The notes beneath the pieces were generated by a model that was not told the origin of the DNA, did no database searches, and worked only from the letters and a program-made list of their open reading frames with translations. Positions 9,349-16,630 of a DNA stretch of 34,620 nucleotides are shown here, in pieces. Positions within the stretch are counted from its first letter, which is position 1. Every line of letters starts with the position of its first letter. Source of the stretch: Candidatus Zambryskiibacteriota bacterium (GTDB lineage Bacteria > Patescibacteriota > Minisyncoccia > Phycocordibacterales > DATGWK01); contig JAHFLV010000004.1 in NCBI GenBank assembly GCA_023264565.1, positions 13,408 through 48,027 on the forward strand, given 5' to 3'. The position numbers and the translations under genes are program-made.

Positions 9349-9897
9349 ATGTATATTATTCTCGCAATAATTATTTTAGCTGTGCTTTGGATTGCGTTTG
9401 CGTACAACAACTTTGTTCGTAAGGTTAATCGTTCAAAAGAAGCGTGGGCAGATATCGATGTTCAGCTCAAACGCCGCTATGACCTTATTCCAAATCTCGT
9501 AAATACCGTGAAGGGTTACGCGGCCCACGAATCCGGCACGCTTGAAAAGGTTATTGCTGCTCGAAACACTGCTATGAGCGCGACTGGCACCGCTGCCAAG
9601 GGCGCCGCTGAGCAAGGCCTCGCCGGTGCTTTGAAATCCGTATTTGCTATCGCTGAACAATATCCTGACCTCAAGGCCAATCAGAATTTCCTTGCTCTCC
9701 AGACCGAACTTTCTGACACTGAAAATAAAATTCAGGCTGCTCGACGCTTCTACAACACAAACGTTCGTGACCTTAACACCGCCGTTGAATCTTTCCCTGG
9801 AAATGTAATCGCTAAAAAGTTTCATTTCGAAAAGATGGAATTCTTTGATCTCGAACCAACCGACGCTGCACGTGAAAATGTCCAAGTGAAGTTCTAA
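9349..9897 (+). CDS. lemA: LemA family protein
   Basis: N-terminal TM helix, then NNFVRKVNRSKEAWADIDVQLKRRYDLIPNLV...YPDLKANQNF..LQ.EL..TENKI..AR..YN, the typical LemA pattern. Confidence 0.85.
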   Translation: MYIILAIIILAVLWIAFAYNNFVRKVNRSKEAWADIDVQLKRRYDLIPNLVNTVKGYAAHESGTLEKVIAARNTAMSATGTAAKGAAEQGLAGALKSVFAIAEQYPDLKANQNFLALQTELSDTENKIQAARRFYNTNVRDLNTAVESFPGNVIAKKFHFEKMEFFDLEPTDAARENVQVKF

Positions 9898-9910
9898 GTG
9901 CCTATATTTT

Positions 9911-10012
9911 ATTCTGCAGTCTATTGAGAAGACCCGCAGGCAAGTTTGCTTGGTCCTGCGAAGACTTTAGTTGAGCCGGAAACTTTCCGGTCTTCGAAAT
10001 AGACTGCAGGAT
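9911..10012 (+). promoter_or_regulatory. Structured intergenic element (three helices with alternative pairings) between lemA and htpX. It could be a terminator, attenuator or thermosensor; function unknown.
   Basis: P1 pairs 9911-9934 with 9989-10012 (22 pairs including one G-U, plus a 2-nt internal mismatch). P2 pairs 9935-9940 with 9955-9960 and includes caag/cttg. P3 is ccggaaactttccgg (9976-9990). gaagac occurs twice (9928, 9960), and both copies are complementary to gtcttc (9990). Confidence 0.5.
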
Positions 10013-10022
10013 AATAACTTTT

Positions 10023-10949
10023 ATGTACGCTCAACACGACTCAAACATCCGAAAAACTTGGTTTCTCATGACGACATTTTTTGTCGTAGTGATTGGTCTT
10101 GGTTGGATCTTTAGTTATTTCTACCAAGACCCGTCTATTCTCTATATATTCGTAGTCGTGAGTATCTTCATGAATATCATTAGTTATTGGTATTCCGACA
10201 AGGTTGTGCTTTCGATGTACCGTGCGGTACCTGTCACAAACGAAAGCCATCCTGATCTTTATAATCTAGTCGAAAATCTTTCGATCACTGCTGGCTTGCC
10301 GATGCCAAAAGTCTACGTGATTCCAGATGGTCAGCCAAACGCATTCGCCACAGGGCGAAATAAAAATCATGCGGCTGTCGCCGTGACCTCTGGTCTTTTG
10401 CAAATCATGAACAAAACCGAACTCGAAGGCGTCATCGCCCATGAAATGTCGCATATCGGTAACATGGATATGTTGCTTTCAACCGTTGTGGTGGTCCTCG
10501 TTGGTTTTATTACCCTCATTTCTGATTTCTTTATTCGTAGCCGTGGCATGATGCGCGGTCGTGATGAGCAGGGAAATCAGGTCCAGGGAATTCTGTTTTT
10601 AATTGGTATTATTTTGGCCATTCTTTCACCAATCGCCGCGACTCTTATTCAGTTGGCAATTTCTCGAAAACGAGAATTTTTGGCGGATGCTTCAGGAGTA
10701 CTTTTGACCCGATATCCAGAAGGTTTGGCAAGCGCGCTTGAAAAGATTGGACAATATGGAACAATGCCGATGGTTCACGCAAGCAATGCGACAGCACATT
10801 TATTTATTTCGAATCCATTTGGTGCTGGCCTCGCTCGGCCGGGCACTGCTGGTGTGCGGGCTCTAAGCAAGGTGAGCAAACTGAGTCGACTCTTTATGAC
10901 TCATCCACCAATCGAAAAACGAATCGAAATTTTGCGGGGGATGAATTAG
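10023..10949 (+). CDS. htpX: Zinc metalloprotease HtpX (peptidase M48)
   Basis: Two N-terminal TM helices, the HEMSHIGN zinc motif, further TM helices and a C-terminal THPPIEKRI. Confidence 0.9.
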   Translation: MYAQHDSNIRKTWFLMTTFFVVVIGLGWIFSYFYQDPSILYIFVVVSIFMNIISYWYSDKVVLSMYRAVPVTNESHPDLYNLVENLSITAGLPMPKVYVIPDGQPNAFATGRNKNHAAVAVTSGLLQIMNKTELEGVIAHEMSHIGNMDMLLSTVVVVLVGFITLISDFFIRSRGMMRGRDEQGNQVQGILFLIGIILAILSPIAATLIQLAISRKREFLADASGVLLTRYPEGLASALEKIGQYGTMPMVHASNATAHLFISNPFGAGLARPGTAGVRALSKVSKLSRLFMTHPPIEKRIEILRGMN

Positions 10950-10963
10950 GCGGTGACGTTTTT

Positions 10964-11048
10964 GGAAGGTTCGCATAGTGGTCTAGTGCGCACGCTTGGA
11001 AAGCGTGTGTGGGGCAACCCACCAGGAGTTCGAATCTCCTACCTTCCG
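10964..11048 (+). tRNA. tRNA-Ser (anticodon GGA), class II with a long variable arm. CCA is not encoded.
   Basis: Manual fold: acceptor GGAAGGT/ACCTTCC; 3-bp D stem; anticodon stem CACGC/GCGTG with loop TTGGAAA; variable arm GTGGG-GCAA-CCCAC; T arm AGGAG-TTCGAAT-CTCCT; discriminator G. Confidence 0.93.
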
Positions 11049-11080
11049 CTTTGAGTTTGCTGGAGATCAAACGGTATTTT

Positions 11081-11109
11081 TTGCTAGTCATCAGCCTTTC
11101 GACTATAAT
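11081..11109 (+). promoter_or_regulatory. Promoter TTGCTA, 17-nt spacer, TATAAT, ending 6 nt before ATG 11116 (candidate leaderless)
   Basis: ttgcta-gtcatcagcctttcgac-tataat-tctctc-ATG. Confidence 0.55.
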
Positions 11110-11115
11110 TCTCTC

Positions 11116-14100
11116 ATGACAAAAAAAATTCTGACACTTGTATTTTTTGTTCTTATACCGTTTTCATTTTCTTTCAAAATCACCTCCGCTGCAGTGATAG
11201 ATGCTACCGGAATGCTTGGACATTATGACAATAATGGCAATCCTCAATACGATGCGATAGCGTTGCCGAATAACGCTCAAGGATTCGCCACACCAGCATC
11301 TTCTTGTGTCGATACTGCAAATCACTTTATTTTTGTTGCTGATAGCGGCGGTAATCGAGTACTTGTATTTGGACTTACCTCTTCTAACGTTCTAAGTACA
11401 ACGACCGCCTCATACGTTCTTGGTTTTACTAATTTCACCGACACCCCTCCAGGAGGTCTGTCCCAAAGTCTTGTGCATAATCCGTATGGTCTCGCCTGTG
11501 ATCCAGCCAACAACCGTGTTTTTGTCTCTGACAGAACGAATAATCGGGTGCTCGTGTTCAACACCGCTTCTACCACTATCGCTAATGGTGAGAGCGCAGA
11601 CTACGTTTTGGGTCAGAGTAATTTTTCCTCAGGTTCATCGGCGAACACTCAGGGTGGTTTGAGTGCTCCACACGGACTTTCATACGACTCTGTGAGCTCT
11701 CGACTTTTTGTGGCGGATTCAGGAAATAATCGTGTTGTGGTGTTTGATGTTTCCACCTCTACCATTTCAAATGGGGAACTCGCATCTAATGTGCTCGGAC
11801 AGACACTTTTTACTACCAGAACTACGGCGGTATCCGCTACGGGGATGAATACCCCCTACGGACTTTCGTACGAAGCAAGTAGTACCAGACTTTTTGTTGC
11901 GGACACCTTTAACAGCCGTGTGACAGTATTCAATGTTGCTACTTCGACAATATCTAACGGAGCGAGTGCTGCATATGTCCTGGGGCAAGTTGATGCGAAC
12001 AGCAATGATTCTAGTGCTACCACGGCCACATCGATGGGTAATCCCGAAGGAGTAATTTCAGACCCGGTTAATAATCGAGTTTTTGTTGCCGACAGCACCT
12101 ACAACAGAGTGACTGTGTATAATTCCGCAACATCAACCATTGCTACAGGAGAAACCGCGCTGAATGTTTTGGGGCAGACAAATTTTACCGCTTCGTCACG
12201 AGGAACCACACAAAGTAAAATAGACGGGTCCGTTGGATTTCTTGGTCTCGATTATGATCCTGCGAATAATGCACTTTACGTCGCTGATGCGGGAAATAAT
12301 AGAATCATGGTATTTACCACGACATCCGTCATCACTAATGGTCAGAATGCTACGTATGAAATAGGTCATGCTGATACTACTACAGGCAATCCCGTATATA
12401 CCGCCTACGATACTTATAATAATCCGCGTCCACAATCTGCATACAATATCCATGGAAGTGTTATAGATACAAAAAATCACAGAATGTTTATAAGTGATTA
12501 CAGTGATGCGACTCCTGGCGCTCGTGTTCTTGTCTATAACCTTGATTCCAATAACAACATAAATACCAGTACTCCATCATACGTTCTTGGATGGACCGAT
12601 TTCTACACAGCAAAAAGTATCGCTTTTACACAATCTGGATTTAACAAGATCGTTATGATTGGTCCAGCATATGACTCTGTAAATGAGAGGCTTTTTGTGT
12701 CCGACACTTCAAACAACAGAGTTCTTGTTTTTAACGTTAATCCATCCTCAATCGCTAATGGCGAGAATGCAACCGCGGTTCTCGGTCAAACAAATTTTAC
12801 CAATCATTCAGGAGCAACAACCCAAGCGGGTCTTCGTGCGCCAAGCTACCTCAATTATGACTCCGCTACTAGCCGGCTTTTTGTTGCCGACAGTGGAAAT
12901 AACCGCGTGATGGTTTTTAATGCGACATCTACCATAACCAACGGTCAGGCTGCCATTAATGTTCTTGGTCAGTCGTCATTTACTGTGAGTACGGCAGCTC
13001 TGACCAGTAGCGGTATGAATTCTCCTTGGGCTGTGACATATGACGCTACAAGCTCAAGACTTTTTGTGGCAGATCGAGGTAACAACCGCGTTCTTGTGTT
13101 TGATGCTGGCACATCGACTATTTCAGATGGAAAGACTGCTTCAAACGTTCTTGGTCAATCTAGCTTTACAACAAATTCTAGTGCCCTCAGTCAGAGTGGA
13201 CTTAATAATCCAAAGGGGGTGATTTACGACTACAAACACGATCTTCTTTTTGTGGGTGATTATGGTAACAATCGTGTAATGATGTTCGATGTTTCGACCT
13301 CAACTATTGCGAATGGAGAAAATGCGAGAAATCTCATTGGTCAGTCAACATTCACATCTTCAGATAACAACAGTTTCAGTATTCATGGATCTGGTGGTTC
13401 AGAGCAGGGAACGTATAACCCCGCGAATAATACGTTTTTTGATGCCCAGTACTATCCAGATCGTGTGATGCAATTTCCCCTAGTCTTGATAAACTCGACT
13501 TCAGTACCAAATGGAAACGTCGGTTCATCATATTCTTCTAGTATTAGTGCCACACAAAACCAGGGAACACTTAGTTACTCTATAGCCTCCGGCTCTTTAC
13601 CCTCCGGTCTCACACTCTCAACTGCGGGTGCAATAACGGGAATACCGACAACGTATGGCACCAGTACTTTTACTGTTGAAGCAGACGATACTTTCAGCTC
13701 GGGGTCATTTCCTGATCAACGATCCTTCTCTCTATTTATCGACAATGCTATTCCTGATACCGTGGCGCCAGTCATTTCTTCAATTGCAACTTCAACCACC
13801 CAGACATCGGCAATCGTTACTTTCCTGACCGACGAAGTTGCAAGTTCGACCATTAGTTATGGCCCTAGTACTACGTATACCAATACATCTTCAGTACACT
13901 CTTTTTCAACATCAACATCAATTACCATCACGGGTCTTTCTCCGGCAACAACGTACCACTTTCAAATTTTAGCTTCAGACGCATCTCTCAATCTCTCAAA
14001 CTCAACAGACCTCGTCTTCGTGACACGCAACAAAACACACCAGTTGACTGGGTACCAACCAATAGTTCCTGTTGCGGACACCGCTCCCGCGCTACCGCTG

Positions 14101-14649
14101 CTTCCTGTTGAGGCCACTTCGTCCCCAATCATATTTTCCTTTTCAAGAGATCTTTTCTCGGGATCGTCAGGTGATGACGTAAGACAGTTGGAGAAATTTC
14201 TAAATTCAAATGGTTTTTTTGTGGCAGCTTCTGGCCCAGGATCCCCTGGAAAAGAAAAAAATACATTTGATTCTGCGACCAAAGCTGCTCTTATTAAATT
14301 CCAAATTGCAAATGGAATTGTTCCAGCTGTCGGATATTTTGGCTTTATTACGAGAGCTGTAATTGCAGGTAAGAGTCGGACTGTTTCTTTACCAGTAGCC
14401 GTTACCCCTCAAATTCAAAGAGACCTTACTGTTGGCTCTTCTGGACCCGATGTTGTGGCTCTTCAAAATGTTCTTGTCTCAAAGGGGTATCTCTCAATTC
14501 CAAATGGAATTTATTTCGGATATTTTGGAACTTTAACAAAAGAGGCGCTAGCAAGGTTTCAGGCGGCACATGCAATCTTTCCTGCTGTTGGTTACTACGG
14601 AGCGGTAACCAGAGCATTCGTTCAGACAACCTCAAATACTGAGTATTAA
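11116..14649 (+). CDS. Large secreted or surface protein. Domains in order: signal peptide, about 12 NHL-type beta-propeller blades, a putative Ig (He_PIG/cadherin-like) domain, an Fn3-like domain and two PG_binding_1 peptidoglycan-binding domains.
   Basis: Start trimmed to MTKKILTLVFFVLIPFSFSFKITSA, because the track start 10996 lies inside the tRNA. There are twelve (G/T)NNRV(L/M/V)VF(N/D)-type blade motifs. SYSIASGSLPSGLTLSTAGAITGIPT is Ig-like. TYHFQILASD is Fn3-like. Two segments, GSSG(D/P)DV..L...L...G, ending in ..FQ.A(N/H).I.PAVGY(F/Y)G..TRA, are PG-binding. Confidence 0.85.
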   Translation: MTKKILTLVFFVLIPFSFSFKITSAAVIDATGMLGHYDNNGNPQYDAIALPNNAQGFATPASSCVDTANHFIFVADSGGNRVLVFGLTSSNVLSTTTASYVLGFTNFTDTPPGGLSQSLVHNPYGLACDPANNRVFVSDRTNNRVLVFNTASTTIANGESADYVLGQSNFSSGSSANTQGGLSAPHGLSYDSVSSRLFVADSGNNRVVVFDVSTSTISNGELASNVLGQTLFTTRTTAVSATGMNTPYGLSYEASSTRLFVADTFNSRVTVFNVATSTISNGASAAYVLGQVDANSNDSSATTATSMGNPEGVISDPVNNRVFVADSTYNRVTVYNSATSTIATGETALNVLGQTNFTASSRGTTQSKIDGSVGFLGLDYDPANNALYVADAGNNRIMVFTTTSVITNGQNATYEIGHADTTTGNPVYTAYDTYNNPRPQSAYNIHGSVIDTKNHRMFISDYSDATPGARVLVYNLDSNNNINTSTPSYVLGWTDFYTAKSIAFTQSGFNKIVMIGPAYDSVNERLFVSDTSNNRVLVFNVNPSSIANGENATAVLGQTNFTNHSGATTQAGLRAPSYLNYDSATSRLFVADSGNNRVMVFNATSTITNGQAAINVLGQSSFTVSTAALTSSGMNSPWAVTYDATSSRLFVADRGNNRVLVFDAGTSTISDGKTASNVLGQSSFTTNSSALSQSGLNNPKGVIYDYKHDLLFVGDYGNNRVMMFDVSTSTIANGENARNLIGQSTFTSSDNNSFSIHGSGGSEQGTYNPANNTFFDAQYYPDRVMQFPLVLINSTSVPNGNVGSSYSSSISATQNQGTLSYSIASGSLPSGLTLSTAGAITGIPTTYGTSTFTVEADDTFSSGSFPDQRSFSLFIDNAIPDTVAPVISSIATSTTQTSAIVTFLTDEVASSTISYGPSTTYTNTSSVHSFSTSTSITITGLSPATTYHFQILASDASLNLSNSTDLVFVTRNKTHQLTGYQPIVPVADTAPALPLLPVEATSSPIIFSFSRDLFSGSSGDDVRQLEKFLNSNGFFVAASGPGSPGKEKNTFDSATKAALIKFQIANGIVPAVGYFGFITRAVIAGKSRTVSLPVAVTPQIQRDLTVGSSGPDVVALQNVLVSKGYLSIPNGIYFGYFGTLTKEALARFQAAHAIFPAVGYYGAVTRAFVQTTSNTEY
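11330..13480 (+). repeat. About 12 degenerate coding repeats (roughly 175-200 bp each) encoding NHL-like blades
   Basis: The aa(t/c)aa(t/c)cg.gt... (NNRV) motif recurs near 11349, 11541, 11725, 11900, 12100, 12296, 12510, 12712, 12898, 13081, 13267 and 13460. Confidence 0.7.
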
Positions 14650-14672
14650 AAAACCGGGTATGTACCCGGTTG
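14650..14672. terminator. Hairpin terminator shared by convergent genes. The T-run is better on the minus strand.
   Basis: aaaaaaccggg-tatgta-cccggtt. The minus strand continues with tttttt. It resembles the hairpin at 25627-25658. Confidence 0.6.
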
Positions 14673-14702
14673 CTGCGTGCGTTTTTTCGATGAGTCGTTG
14701 TG

Positions 14703-15140
14703 CTATGCGCCGACAGGTTGCATGTCTTTTGTTACGACAATTTTTCTGCTTTGAAGCGCATCGAGAATTCGGTTAATAAGCTCGGGGCTTAAGAACCTGT
14801 GCTCATCCAACGGCTCTTTGTTCGGACTGAGCCTCAGCCTGAGCCTCAGCATGACGGCGTCTGATTTTTCAAGCTCTTCGCACAAGGATTTCCAGATCCC
14901 CTCCAGAATTTCTCGTACCTTGTCCTGGGCGTCACAAAACCTTTCGAAGAACGATTCGTTACTGATCAGTGGCTTGTTGCCATTTTCCGTCTCGAGACTA
15001 ATGGAAAAACCAAAACCACCACTGAGTTTGTCGTCACAGATCTCAAATACGAGGCCATAAGGGTTCGAAAAGATGTCTATAGCCCTGAGCATAAAACATT
15101 CACCGTGTGTGTCCAATTTCATGGGGGTGCCTGTGTCCAA
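14703..15140 (-). CDS. Hypothetical cytoplasmic protein (145 aa), no family recognised
   Basis: AAGGAGG (15154-15148) lies 7 nt upstream of TTG 15140. An in-frame ATG at 15123 is too far from the SD. The gene has its own promoter and terminator and contains an (LR)3 tract. Confidence 0.55.
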   Translation of the reverse strand: MDTGTPMKLDTHGECFMLRAIDIFSNPYGLVFEICDDKLSGGFGFSISLETENGNKPLISNESFFERFCDAQDKVREILEGIWKSLCEELEKSDAVMLRLRLRLSPNKEPLDEHRFLSPELINRILDALQSRKIVVTKDMQPVGA

Positions 15141-15182
15141 TGCTTGTCCTCCTTTAAATATTTGTTTTCATTTCTGCTGGAC

Positions 15183-15210
15183 ATACTAGCGTCCATATTT
15201 TAAATTGCAA
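15183..15210 (-). promoter_or_regulatory. Candidate promoter TTGCAA, 16-nt spacer, TAGTAT for ORF 15140..14703
   Basis: The minus strand reads ttgcaa-tttaaaatatggacgc-tagtat. Confidence 0.4.
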
Positions 15211-15235
15211 CTTGTCTCAAAAATACACGGAAAAA

Positions 15236-15264
15236 TTGACTTCATTGATTCAAACGTTTACTAT
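15236..15264 (+). promoter_or_regulatory. Candidate promoter TTGACT, 17-nt spacer, TACTAT for the RRM protein gene, implying a leader of about 120 nt
   Basis: ttgact-tcattgattcaaacgtt-tactat. A second TATAAT at 15361-15366 is an alternative. Confidence 0.4.
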
Positions 15265-15392
15265 TCTCGCCGTAAGTGTCTCGTATAAGTTTTCTGTTTT
15301 GAGTTGGGTGTTTCACTCGTTCAGCGGAAAAGGATAAGGGGAGAGTCTAGTCGCTTACGGTTATAATAAAAACTAGCGTTATAGTAGCCACA

Positions 15393-15671
15393 ATGGCAAA
15401 GAAATTGTATGTAGGAGGCATTCCTTACAGCTCTACAGATGCAGGACTTAAGGAAGCGTTCTCAAAGGCTGGAAACGTCGTTTCCGCAAGCGTTATCACT
15501 GACCGCATGACTGGTCGCTCAAAGGGCTTCGGTTTCGTCGAAATGTCTTCTGACGAAGAAGCTATGGCTGCGATCGATATGTGGAACGGAAAGGACTTCG
15601 AAGGCCGCATGCTCACCGTAAGCGAAGCTCGCCCAATGACAGACCGCCCTCCACGTCGTGGAGATATGTAA
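15393..15671 (+). CDS. RRM-type (RNP-1/RNP-2) RNA-binding protein
   Basis: RNP-2 is LYVGGI and RNP-1 is KGFGFVEM. 92 aa with a short Arg-rich tail. Confidence 0.9.
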   Translation: MAKKLYVGGIPYSSTDAGLKEAFSKAGNVVSASVITDRMTGRSKGFGFVEMSSDEEAMAAIDMWNGKDFEGRMLTVSEARPMTDRPPRRGDM

Positions 15672-15715
15672 TTCAATCGGAAATCGCGAGCAATCAACAT
15701 TTCCACAGAATCACT

Positions 15716-15747
15716 CAAAAAACCTCACCCTCTTGGTGAGGTTTTTT
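15716..15747 (+). terminator. Rho-independent terminator
   Basis: aaaaaa-cctcacc-ctctt-ggtgagg-tttttt. Confidence 0.85.
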
Positions 15748-15775
15748 GTTACCGAGTATCGTATACTTATCTCAT

Positions 15776-16297
15776 ATGGATGAAAATAAAAGCTTTGAAC
15801 GGTATAACAAATTGGGAATCGCGGCTTTAATAGTAGTGGGTATTGGAATCATTTTGTTTATCGGTTCCGTTTTTCTTTTTCCGAGTGTTCGGAGCTTTGT
15901 TTTTCCACCTAAGCCTATTGCTCAACAAACATACGCAACATCTACCATCGAAATTTCTGGCACAAAGATTATTGTCGAACTGGCGGACACACCAGCGTTA
16001 CGAACCCTTGGCCTTTCTGGCCACAAGAACCTCGAAAATGGTCAGGGTATGCTGTTTCTTTTTGATGAATCAGGAAATTATGGTTTTTGGATGAAGGATA
16101 TGAAGTTCTCAATTGATGTTATCTGGATTGACGCTGCGAAAAACATTGTTCATATCGAAAAAAATATCACCCCGGAAAGCTATCCAACTGTTTTTGAATC
16201 AAACGCGCCGGCTAAGTATGCACTTGAAGTTCCGGCGGGTTTTTCTGACACTCATTCATTTACACAAGGAGACTCGGTCAAGTTTTTTATTAAATAG
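15776..16297 (+). CDS. DUF192 (COG1430) family protein with an N-terminal membrane anchor
   Basis: GLSGHKNLENGQGMLFLFDESGNYGFWMKDMKFSIDVIWID..KNIVHI...YALEVPAG is the typical DUF192 core. I trimmed the start to ATG 15776, because the track's TTG start lies inside the upstream terminator. Confidence 0.75.
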   Translation: MDENKSFERYNKLGIAALIVVGIGIILFIGSVFLFPSVRSFVFPPKPIAQQTYATSTIEISGTKIIVELADTPALRTLGLSGHKNLENGQGMLFLFDESGNYGFWMKDMKFSIDVIWIDAAKNIVHIEKNITPESYPTVFESNAPAKYALEVPAGFSDTHSFTQGDSVKFFIK

Positions 16298-16327
16298 GTC
16301 TAAGGCCTGTGTATAACTCAAGAAATT

Positions 16328-16351
16328 AGAGCAATTCAATGCTCTTTTTTT
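16328..16351 (+). terminator. Rho-independent terminator
   Basis: agagc-aattcaat-gctct followed by tttttt. Confidence 0.7.
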
Positions 16352-16630
16352 GTATAGATTCCCACTTCAAAAATAAAATTTAAAAAATTTCCCACCGAGA
16401 ATGTGGTGCACTATAAGCATTTCAGAGAATCTTTAGAGTGCGTTCACTTTACAGTGGGTTCTTGCTGTTTTCTAACGGCTTTTTTTCTTAATTTTTTCTT
16501 CAATATGAATTTATTTACGGTAAAATAGTCATTACTTTAGCAATTGTAATGTGTACGTGATACAGGGTGTGCAAGAGTGTGGTTTTGAGAAAAATTTACA
16601 AGCAAGTAAAGAGAAAACTTCATCGACTTT

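Noticed and set aside
10996-11115. 5' part of the track ORF 10996..14649 (MESVCGATHQEFESPTFRFE...)
   Set aside because: These codons read straight through the tRNA-Ser gene (10964-11048) and the promoter. The signal peptide begins at ATG 11116, so I trimmed the start.
16390-16460. NrdR boxes or a cobalamin riboswitch upstream of nrdA
   Set aside because: Only half-site resemblance (gCACTATAag) is present and there is no 16-bp palindrome pair. The enzyme is class I with NrdB, so a B12 riboswitch is not expected, and I saw no B12-box.
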